Positions 1 to 8,052 of a stretch of 30,481 bases of DNA are shown here, one piece after another; positions within the stretch are counted from its first letter, which is position 1, and each line of letters begins with the position of its first letter. Position numbers and translations under genes: made by a program. This DNA comes from Candidatus Helarchaeota ASGARD archaeon Hel_GB_B (GTDB taxonomy: Archaea > Asgardarchaeota > Lokiarchaeia > Helarchaeales > HEL-GB-B). The notes beneath the pieces were generated by a model that was not told the origin of the DNA, searched no databases, and saw only the letters and a program-made list of their open reading frames with translations. Location of the stretch: assembly GCA_005191425.1 (NCBI GenBank), contig SUPR01000037.1, positions 1-30,481 on the forward strand, written 5' to 3'.

Positions 1-41
1 TTTAACCCGCCTGAAATCTTTCCCCTCTTTAAATATCTATC

Positions 42-263
42 TCATTTCCTCCATAAAATTACTCTTTTATCAGTACAATTTTCACATTTGAATCTTCTTA
101 TATATATTAATTCATCCCTTGTAAATACTTCTTCAAATCCATCGAAGCTCATTTCACACTTACAAACAGGACAATTTGGTAATAATTCTCCTCTAATAGA
201 TGTTTCTAATTCTCTATAATACTCCTCTAATCCTTTTGGAATTGCCATTTTACTCATTGACAA
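42..263 (-). CDS. Small hypothetical zinc-ribbon protein (73 aa)
   Basis: Two Cys pairs, CPVC and CENC, about 25 residues apart; protein-like composition; no family recognised. Confidence 0.6.
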   Translation of the reverse strand: MSMSKMAIPKGLEEYYRELETSIRGELLPNCPVCKCEMSFDGFEEVFTRDELIYIRRFKCENCTDKRVILWRK

Positions 264-440
264 TATTATTGCTATTCATTCTTTTTTATTTTTATGTAAA
301 AAAAAATTGATAATTTACTCAATTATTCTTAAATTTCAATTCATTTAAAAACAAAATCAATGCCATAAAAAATTAATTGGTGCTCCCGTCCTTGTTAAAA
401 ATATCGTCTTCCAAATTAAAACATTATTTATTGTAATAAA

Positions 441-470
441 TTAAAGAAAATTAAAGAAAATTAAAGAAAA
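441..470. repeat. Tandem repeat (TTAAAGAAAA) x3
   Basis: Three exact 10-bp units read directly, just downstream of the NifU-like gene stop. Confidence 0.9.
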
Positions 471-479
471 AATAAACAA

Positions 480-728
480 TTACATTATATTTTCTACATA
501 TTTTACTTCGGGTATTCTGGCTTTTAATAATCTTTCTATCCCATTCTTCAAAGTCAGTGTTGAATACATGCAACCTGCGCAATGCCCTGTTAATCTCACT
601 CTTACAACTCCATCTACAATTTCCACTAATTCTACATCTCCACCATCTGCCTGAAGACTAGGTCGAATTTCATCAAGTGCTTTCTTTACTTCTTCTTCCA
701 TTTCATCACACCTTTCAAATTTGTGCAA
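480..728 (-). CDS. NifU/NfuA C-terminal-domain Fe-S cluster carrier protein
   Basis: IRPSLQADGGDVELV, VRLTGHCAGC (CxxC) and TLKNGIERLLK match the NifU-C/Nfu domain pattern. Confidence 0.92.
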   Translation of the reverse strand: MHKFERCDEMEEEVKKALDEIRPSLQADGGDVELVEIVDGVVRVRLTGHCAGCMYSTLTLKNGIERLLKARIPEVKYVENIM

Positions 729-789
729 TAATTAATAATTATTTTCTTAAAAGTCATTTAGTCTTTCTATTTATCCTTTATAAATTATT

Positions 790-1335
790 AGGTAAGTTAT
801 TTCAAATTCCATTACCCTTTTAAATTTTTCTTATTTCGATAAATTTAAAGCATTTATTTCTCATATTATTTTTAAAAAGTTATTTTCATTAATTTTTATT
901 TTTCCTAACTTAATTTCGTCTGGTTTATTTAATAAATCAGATTTTTATTCTAACTTATTGATTGATTATCTGTTTCTAATTTTCAAAATAATTAATAAAA
1001 TATATCGATAAATCAAATAAATTTTCAATAATAAATCAGCAAAAATATTCCATTTATTCAATTATCTTGGAAGTTAAATTCTCTTATTAAAGAATTCTCT
1101 ACAAAATTTTCTATTTTTTATAAATTCTTTCTCCAATTCGTCAATATTCATCCTATTTATTTTTTATAACAATATGAATAATTATTACCTACGTATTTCA
1201 AATTATGAACCAATTTTACTATTGTTTAAACGATAATCGTATAATAATTAAACTGATTTCAAGATTATTATTGATTTTAATCGATATTTCACTTAAATTA
1301 CTTAATTTAATTACACTTCAATATTCATATCCTAT
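790..1335 (-). pseudogene. Possible decayed gene relic
   Basis: No ORF of 60 aa or more in about 600 bp, but protein-like fragments (MNIDELEKEFIK, DLLNKPDEIKLGKIKINENNFLKII, KLSNLSEISIKINNNLEIS) interrupted by stops and frameshifts; duplicated AGGA..ATGAATATTGA start motif. Confidence 0.25.
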
Positions 1336-1382
1336 ATTAAATAATATCATAATTGTTAAATGTATCTTCGTAAATTATTAAT

Positions 1383-2015
1383 TTGATGCGAAAATTAAAG
1401 TTAACTGAATATATATTAATAATCAATTTTGTGGTATACATAATACTCTCAATTTTATGTTTTAATCCACTCATTATCTCAAATGATGTATTAATTTGGG
1501 TCGCTCAATCTAATTATATGATTTATTACCATTTTTTATATTATGAGTTTTTCACTGCAATTTTCGTACATTTAAACCTGGCGCATATACTCAGTAATTC
1601 GCTATTTCTATTGATTTTTGGATATCGCTGTGAAGAACTTTTTTCTAAACGAGATTATTCAATAATCTATATTGTATCCGGCTTGATAGGAAATATACTT
1701 TCTTTATTTTTAGGGTTATATTCTATTTCTGGCGGGTCCTCAGGTGCAATTCTAGGCATTTTTTCAGCAATTCTCTATGCTCTTAGTGTAAAGGAAAAAC
1801 GAGCTTTTAAATCCTTTATTTTTATTGGACTACTTTTTTTAATTTTTATAGGGGCACAATATGGAGTAAACCCAATTAGTCATTGGACCGGGTTTATTGT
1901 AGGTTTAATTCTGGGAAGATATTTATTTAAAAAATCAGAGACTAATCGTAATAAAAAAATTATTTCTAAGAATGAATCGAAATATAAGAAAAAGATAATT
2001 TTTAAAAACAAATAA
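1383..2015 (+). CDS. Rhomboid family intramembrane serine protease
   Basis: About six hydrophobic segments; FVHLNLAHILSN, catalytic GSSG and SHWTGF (catalytic His) motifs. Confidence 0.9.
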   Translation: MMRKLKLTEYILIINFVVYIILSILCFNPLIISNDVLIWVAQSNYMIYYHFLYYEFFTAIFVHLNLAHILSNSLFLLIFGYRCEELFSKRDYSIIYIVSGLIGNILSLFLGLYSISGGSSGAILGIFSAILYALSVKEKRAFKSFIFIGLLFLIFIGAQYGVNPISHWTGFIVGLILGRYLFKKSETNRNKKIISKNESKYKKKIIFKNK

Positions 2016-2080
2016 AGAAAATTTTATGAATGTCTTTATTAGGTTTTACTTTAATTAAATAATAATTTGAGGATATATTA

Positions 2081-3436
2081 ATGTCAAAAGTTCATCCAAT
2101 TGAATTCAGATATTTCACGGAAAAAATGAGAAACATTTTTACTGAAGAGACCAAACTTCAAAAATGGCTAGATGTTGAAGCAGCACTAGCCCGAGCACAC
2201 GCTAAATTAGGGGATATACCTAAATCTGCCGCCGATGAAATTACCAAAAAAGCTAATGTAAAATATGTTAAACTCCAGCGAGTAAAAGAAATTGAAAATC
2301 AAATTCACCATGATTTAATGGCTATGGTTAAAGCATTAACAGAAGTTTGCGATTCTAATGCAGGCGAATACGTCCATTTTGGAGCAACAAGCTATGATAT
2401 CGAAGATACTGCAACCGCTCTACAATTTAAAGACGCAATAAATGTAATTGAAAATAATATGAAATCTCTTTTAAAAACACTGATTATGCTCGCTGAGAAA
2501 CATAAAAATACAATTACAATAGGGCGTACCCATGGCCAACATGCTCTACCAACTACCTATGGTATGAAATTTGCAATTTGGGCTTCAGAATTATTTAGAC
2601 ATTTAAATCGCTTGGAACAAATCAAACCCAGAATTCTAGTGGGTAAAATGAGCGGCGCTGTTGGCACTATGGCAAGTTTTGGTGATAAAGGGTTCCAAAT
2701 TCAAGAACTTGTAATGAATGATCTAGGCCTTAAACCTGTCATGATATCCAACCAAATCGTCCAACGCGACCGCCATGCTGAAATTTTATTATTACTTGCA
2801 CTCATTTCTAGTACTCTCGATAAAATCGCACGCGAAATAAGGAACTTATCCCGTACTGAAATTGCTGAAATATCTGAACACTTCAAATCTTCTCAAGTTG
2901 GATCTTCCACAATGCCTCATAAACGCAACCCACATAAGTCCGAACGTATCTGCGGACTCGCAAGAATCATTAAGTCAAATGTATTTCCTGCACTTGAAAA
3001 TATCTCACTTGAACATGAACGAGACCTGACTAACTCCGCACCTGAACGGATAATTATCCCTGAATCTTTTATCCTCCTTGATTATATGCTCGCTCAAATT
3101 AATTCTATACTTCAAGGCTTGGTCTTTAATTTCAAAAATATCCAAAATAACTTGAACAAGACTCAAGGCCTTATTATGGCCGAAAATATAATGCTTAAAT
3201 TAACTCAAAAAGGTATGGGTAGACAATCTGCCCATGAAATTCTCCGCAAATGCGCTATGATTTCTTATCAACAAAATATCCCTTTTAAAACTATTTTACT
3301 CCAGGATAACTCTTTAAAAAATTTTCTTAAACCTGATGAACTCGATAAATGGCTCGATCCTAATAATTATCTCGGACTTTCCTCTAAAATTGTCCAAAAT
3401 GTTATTAATACAATTAATAAATTTCTTGAGGCTTGA
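2081..3436 (+). CDS. purB: Adenylosuccinate lyase
   Basis: Fumarase-superfamily signature GSSTMPHKRNP, GRTHGQHA and VHFGATSYD; GAGGA Shine-Dalgarno upstream; adjacent to purM. Confidence 0.97.
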   Translation: MSKVHPIEFRYFTEKMRNIFTEETKLQKWLDVEAALARAHAKLGDIPKSAADEITKKANVKYVKLQRVKEIENQIHHDLMAMVKALTEVCDSNAGEYVHFGATSYDIEDTATALQFKDAINVIENNMKSLLKTLIMLAEKHKNTITIGRTHGQHALPTTYGMKFAIWASELFRHLNRLEQIKPRILVGKMSGAVGTMASFGDKGFQIQELVMNDLGLKPVMISNQIVQRDRHAEILLLLALISSTLDKIAREIRNLSRTEIAEISEHFKSSQVGSSTMPHKRNPHKSERICGLARIIKSNVFPALENISLEHERDLTNSAPERIIIPESFILLDYMLAQINSILQGLVFNFKNIQNNLNKTQGLIMAENIMLKLTQKGMGRQSAHEILRKCAMISYQQNIPFKTILLQDNSLKNFLKPDELDKWLDPNNYLGLSSKIVQNVINTINKFLEA

Positions 3437-3441
3437 TCTTT

Positions 3442-4545
3442 ATGTCTGACCAAAATACCCCTAATAATGACCAATTCACTTATGCTAAAAGTGGTGTCGA
3501 TATTAATGCCCAAAAATCAGCACATAAAATCATTGGCGAACTTATAACTAAAACATATCTATTTAGACAAGGTAAATTTGGAGAAATTATCGGTGAATAC
3601 GGTCATTATGCTGGCTTAATTGATATTGGTAATGAGTTATGTCTTGCAATGCATGTAGATGGCGTAGGCACTAAAGTAATGATAGCTCAAATGATGAATA
3701 AATATGATACAATCGGAATTGACCTTATTGCTATGCACGCAAATGACCTCATTTGTATGGGCGCCGAACCTGTTGCTCTCGAAGATTATCTTGCTATTGA
3801 GACCGTTAACAATGATGTTATCTATCAAATCATGAAAGGACTTGTTGAAGGCGCTAAACAAGCCCAAATGGCTATAATTGGCGGCGAAACTGCCATTATG
3901 CCAGACATCATTAAAGGCACATCCCCCGGAAACGGCTTAGACCTATCTGGAATGAGCATCGGCGTTGTTAATAAAAAAAATGTAATTACTGGGTCTAATA
4001 TTAAAATAAACGATACTATAATCGGTATTATGAGTTCAGGTATCCATTCTAATGGATATACTCTTGCTAGAAAAGCTTTTTTTGATCTTGCTAAATTGTC
4101 CCCTTTTGATCCACTTCCAAATTATCCTGATTTAATTGTCGGTAATGAATTATTAAAACCTACTAAAATTTATGTCCAACCTATTTTGAGCTTATTAAAA
4201 AAATTCAATGATAAAATTCACGGGCTCGCTCATATCACAGGCGGAGCTTTTACTAAATTAAATCGCCTTAGACCTCATGGACATGATTTTGGCTTCCTAC
4301 TTAACAATCTCCCAAAAGCACCCCCAATCTTTAAGGAAATACAAAATATAACCAATATTTCTGATAAAGAAATGTATAAAACCTTTAATATGGGCATCGG
4401 TTTCTGTATTATTGCTGACCCTTCCATACAAAACGAAATCATAAATCTACTCGATAATTTTAATTTCTCCTCTCTTATCATCGGAAAAATCATTAAATCT
4501 AATAAAATTATTTTGCATTTGAATGAAAATAAAATCTTTTTATAA
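3442..4545 (+). CDS. purM: Phosphoribosylformylglycinamidine cyclo-ligase (AIR synthetase)
   Basis: YAKSGVDI, DGVGTK, GGETA, SSGIHSNGY, HITGG and FNMGIG motifs. ATG at 3442 preferred over the track's TTG at 3433. Confidence 0.97.
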   Translation: MSDQNTPNNDQFTYAKSGVDINAQKSAHKIIGELITKTYLFRQGKFGEIIGEYGHYAGLIDIGNELCLAMHVDGVGTKVMIAQMMNKYDTIGIDLIAMHANDLICMGAEPVALEDYLAIETVNNDVIYQIMKGLVEGAKQAQMAIIGGETAIMPDIIKGTSPGNGLDLSGMSIGVVNKKNVITGSNIKINDTIIGIMSSGIHSNGYTLARKAFFDLAKLSPFDPLPNYPDLIVGNELLKPTKIYVQPILSLLKKFNDKIHGLAHITGGAFTKLNRLRPHGHDFGFLLNNLPKAPPIFKEIQNITNISDKEMYKTFNMGIGFCIIADPSIQNEIINLLDNFNFSSLIIGKIIKSNKIILHLNENKIFL

Positions 4546-4887
4546 TTTGAGTCCTCTATTATATCACAAGTCTAATTACAGGGAAAATGATGACCAAGTT
4601 TATACTTAGCAAATTTACTTGCGTTGAGGAAATTAAAAGCCCCCTGATTCCCTATATTCCTATACTTTTAATTTTTTGAATTCTATCCTTTTTACTTCTT
4701 CCCCTCTATCCCAACATTTACCAAACCTTTTTTTCCCAAATTAATACATTACGTTCTTTTAATTTTTTATCCTAATTAACTTGATCTATACATATTTTTT
4801 TATCTATTTTTCTGTTCAAAAAAATCGTTCAATGCTTAACTATTGATTTGGTTTGAACTTAACTATTGACTAATTTTTAAAAATAGA

Positions 4888-4917
4888 CTAAATAAAAAAG
4901 AATGAAAATAAAAAATA
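4888..4917 (-). terminator. Putative oligo-T terminator for the minus-strand radical SAM gene
   Basis: Minus-strand T-rich tract (TTTTTTATTTTCATTCTTTTTTATTT) about 40-70 nt after the stop codon; archaeal terminators are oligo-T rich. Confidence 0.4.
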
Positions 4918-4955
4918 GTTTGAACTCTATTTTAATAATATTTTTCAATTTCTAA

Positions 4956-6632
4956 TTATGACGTTTCTATTTTGGGTGGTTCTGCCTTGACTTTCTCTTC
5001 TTTTGGCTTCTCTTCAATTGAATGGTACGTAAATAATATGTTCTCAATTCTTTCTCTGTGTAATGTATTCATAGCACAAAATGGTACTCCATATACTTTA
5101 CCATCCCTAGGATCAACCCATCCGTAATGTACCAAACATCTTGAAACTCGCTCAACATCAAAATTATAGCCATCTTGGAAATGCATTAATCCTATAATCA
5201 TTGCACCCGCACCTTTACTCTGCACAAAATTTGCTGACGCATCCCATCTTGAATTTAATACCATGTCCAGGAAAAACTTCGATTTTGATAATATACCCTC
5301 TAATTTCATTGTCGATAACATGTCTAAACCCATTCTAACTTTGATTAATGTATCGTCTACTTTATTATATACTTTATCTATGTTCAGGCCAATTTCTCCT
5401 AAACCAAAATTCCCAAGTAATTTCTCAAATATTTTTGGCTTTTCTCCATATCGTCTCTCTTTTAATATATTATACCACTTTTTCGATTTCTTCATGAACG
5501 ATTTGATATTAAATACCCTATGCGTCCCTGTCATCTTTTTTGTACCATCGGGTTGATCTTCAATAAATAAGAAATTTCCAAAACCACAAATTGGATTACA
5601 TGTAAACTCTACTACTTGATTATTTGAAGCCGCCCATCCAATTATTTTAGCAAAATGTGAGATCGCTGTTAAAGGATATAACACACCTATTTCTCCATTT
5701 GTAAAGTCTTGTAACGCCTTTGCAACATGGGATGATGTTATCCTCAATTTTAACCTGTCTTCTTCACTTATTCTACCTACAAGTGCTACTGGCTGATAGA
5801 ATACCCCTACAACTACATCATTGTTGTCTATTGCAAACTGTAAAATATCGCCTATTTGATGGTCATTGATACCTTTTGCCACTGTTGGAACTAAAATCAC
5901 CCCTGAAAATCCCAATTTTCTGCAGTTCTCTATTAATTGTTTTTTAAATTTGAAAATCGGTGCACCTCTCGTCTTCTCATAAACATCCTCCGTAACTCCG
6001 TCAAATTGTAGATAAATCGATTTGGCACCTGCATCTAAACACGCTTTTAAATAATTTATGTCTTTTGCTAACCTTATCCCATTTGTAGTAATCTGTGGAT
6101 GGACATAACCCATTTTTACACATTCCCTAATAATATCAGGCAGGTCATCCCTTAATGTAGGCTCGCCTCCACTATACATAGCTACCAATGGTGGCTGAGG
6201 TTGGATTTCACTAAAGTGTTTGTAAACTTGAATGATCTCATCATATGTAGGTTCAATTTTCTCAAGATTTGGGTTCACATTTGCATTTGCAAAGCAAATA
6301 GGACAACGCAAATTGCATCTGTATGTTATATCCATCAAAACAATCGCTGGAGAACTCTTATGAAATTCACAAATACCACAATCATATGGACACCCCTCTT
6401 TTATTGGTTTTTCAGGGTGCCATCGTTTTGCATCAGAGTCCATCCTAAACGGTTGCAACCATTTAAACCAATCCGAATCAATTGACACAATATCTTTAAA
6501 TGTACCATGCTTATCACAAGTTTTAACCATATAAACTTTACCATCTTCTTCGATATAATCAGCATCAATTCTAGCTTTACATTCAGGACAAATACTCTTA
6601 GTAGATTGAATAATTGTTGCCATATACTTCAT
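4956..6632 (-). CDS. Radical SAM protein of the tetraether lipid synthase (Tes/GDGT-MAS, MJ0619) family, paralog 1
   Basis: N-terminal CPEC..TCDKHG rubredoxin-like site, GCPYDCGIC auxiliary cluster motif, CNLRCPIC radical SAM motif, GGEPT, YLQFDG, and C-terminal MHFQDGYNFDVERVSRCLVHY..PFCAMNTLHR; colinear with MJ0619 as I recall it. Confidence 0.85.
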   Translation of the reverse strand: MKYMATIIQSTKSICPECKARIDADYIEEDGKVYMVKTCDKHGTFKDIVSIDSDWFKWLQPFRMDSDAKRWHPEKPIKEGCPYDCGICEFHKSSPAIVLMDITYRCNLRCPICFANANVNPNLEKIEPTYDEIIQVYKHFSEIQPQPPLVAMYSGGEPTLRDDLPDIIRECVKMGYVHPQITTNGIRLAKDINYLKACLDAGAKSIYLQFDGVTEDVYEKTRGAPIFKFKKQLIENCRKLGFSGVILVPTVAKGINDHQIGDILQFAIDNNDVVVGVFYQPVALVGRISEEDRLKLRITSSHVAKALQDFTNGEIGVLYPLTAISHFAKIIGWAASNNQVVEFTCNPICGFGNFLFIEDQPDGTKKMTGTHRVFNIKSFMKKSKKWYNILKERRYGEKPKIFEKLLGNFGLGEIGLNIDKVYNKVDDTLIKVRMGLDMLSTMKLEGILSKSKFFLDMVLNSRWDASANFVQSKGAGAMIIGLMHFQDGYNFDVERVSRCLVHYGWVDPRDGKVYGVPFCAMNTLHRERIENILFTYHSIEEKPKEEKVKAEPPKIETS

Positions 6633-7008
6633 CTCATTATTTCAAATTTTTTTGCTTTTATAAGACCAAAATTATGTCTTTTTTTCAATCATATGATTCT
6701 AACATTTATAAATCTATACTTTATAGTTGGAAAATAAAAAAATAAACGCATTTATTTAGAAAATTTAATCTAAGAAAAATAATTGGTAAATATAACTTAA
6801 ATTAATAAAAATCTCTATGAAAAAATTATTTTTAATGTGAGTAATTAATTTAAAATTAAAACATATTTAATCAATATTTAAAACCAATTTATCTATTTCT
6901 ATTATATTAACTATTTTTTATAATAATAAAATCAAATTTATTTTTCAATTTTTTCAAGAATTTGGCAATGACAAAAGAATTTAGAAATTAAAATTACAAA
7001 TTAAATAT

Positions 7009-7638
7009 TTAATGCCTTTTATCTTTGTACCAATCAAACATATCGCGACGTAGTTTGCACATTTCTCCTGTTTGGTTATGGTAAAACACAATTCCTTCTG
7101 CAAATTCTTTAGTACCATGTCGTCTTCTAATTTCTAAGCTCCAGAGTTCTTTAAATACATTACTAACAATGTCATAAAGTTCCAAGTCATTTTTATTGGT
7201 GAAATCAAGGTTATTCCAAAATTTATAGGTATTTTTTTTTCTCAATCGAGTAAAGGGGTACCAGACATGTTGTTTTAAATGCAATGGATTATTATTAATT
7301 TTAGGGCCACAGAGTTCTCCGAAGAACTGTCCTTTACTATTTGGAGTAAAGTAATTATTATCTATTGCATATTGAATACCTTCATAGAAATATCCGTATC
7401 CTTTTTTAAAGAAGGGGATATGATTTTTTCTATTATAAATTGCTACAATTTTTTCTCCATCACAGATGACACTTACATTTGTTCCATCGATTTTCTCAAC
7501 AGCTTGGACAAAATCGGGATTAAATATCCAGCGATATTTTTCTACAATCTTTGGTGTGCAAACGTATTGACCATTTATTGTTTCTCTAATAAAAGGTGAT
7601 TCTAATTTTGGGAAATCTTGTGCATTAATCATCTTCAT
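7009..7638 (-). CDS. Stand-alone ATP-dependent RNA ligase-like nucleotidyltransferase (C12orf29/RLIG1/DUF5565- or Rnl2-like)
   Basis: Motif I EKIDGTN (adenylated Lys), motif III FGELCGPKIN, motif IV EGIV, motif V CKLRRD; 209 aa with no OB domain. Confidence 0.75.
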   Translation of the reverse strand: MKMINAQDFPKLESPFIRETINGQYVCTPKIVEKYRWIFNPDFVQAVEKIDGTNVSVICDGEKIVAIYNRKNHIPFFKKGYGYFYEGIQYAIDNNYFTPNSKGQFFGELCGPKINNNPLHLKQHVWYPFTRLRKKNTYKFWNNLDFTNKNDLELYDIVSNVFKELWSLEIRRRHGTKEFAEGIVFYHNQTGEMCKLRRDMFDWYKDKRH

Positions 7639-7745
7639 CTTTATTAATTTTGAGATTTTATTCTAATAATTTTATTTAATAAATATATTCAAAAAATTTT
7701 TATTTAAACTAAAAGTATTGTAATAGATTTATGGTCTAATAATAC

Positions 7746-7894
7746 TTCATAATCTAAATATATTTTCAATTTCAAATTTAGTATTTTTATGACCACGAAT
7801 TATTTTATTAAATGAAAAGTTATTTTAATATTTTATGAACCAGAAATATGTATTTTAATAGTCATAAAAAAAATTATTAAGTTTAAAGTCATAA
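7746..7894. promoter_or_regulatory. Array of TTATGA(A/C) heptamers in both orientations, in the divergent AT-rich intergenic region
   Basis: Copies at 7746-7752 (-), 7787-7793 (+), 7833-7839 (+), 7861-7867 (-) and 7888-7894 (-); 10-bp inverted repeat TTTTTATGAC (7784-7793) / GTCATAAAAA (7861-7870); TATTTTAATA repeated at 7821 and 7851. Confidence 0.35.
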
Positions 7895-8052
7895 TAGTTT
7901 ATTAAAAAAATATCTTATTGTGGTGATTGTCTTAAATCTATTTTGAAAATAAAAAGAATCAATAAGATCAAAAAAGGTAATATGGGTTTGTAATAAATCA
8001 ATAATTTTTAAAAAAGAGGCAGACTATTCAAATATAAAGGAAATGAAAAAAA

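Noticed and set aside
790-1335. Selenocysteine or stop-codon recoding as the explanation for the interrupted frames
   Set aside because: The interruptions include TAA, TAG and frameshifts, not only TGA, and all long genes in the window read normally in the standard code.
6640-8050. Canonical archaeal ORB or mini-ORB boxes
   Set aside because: No TCCA..GGAAA or G-string element found by eye and no cdc6/orc1 gene, so an origin is reported only as a hypothesis, not a feature.
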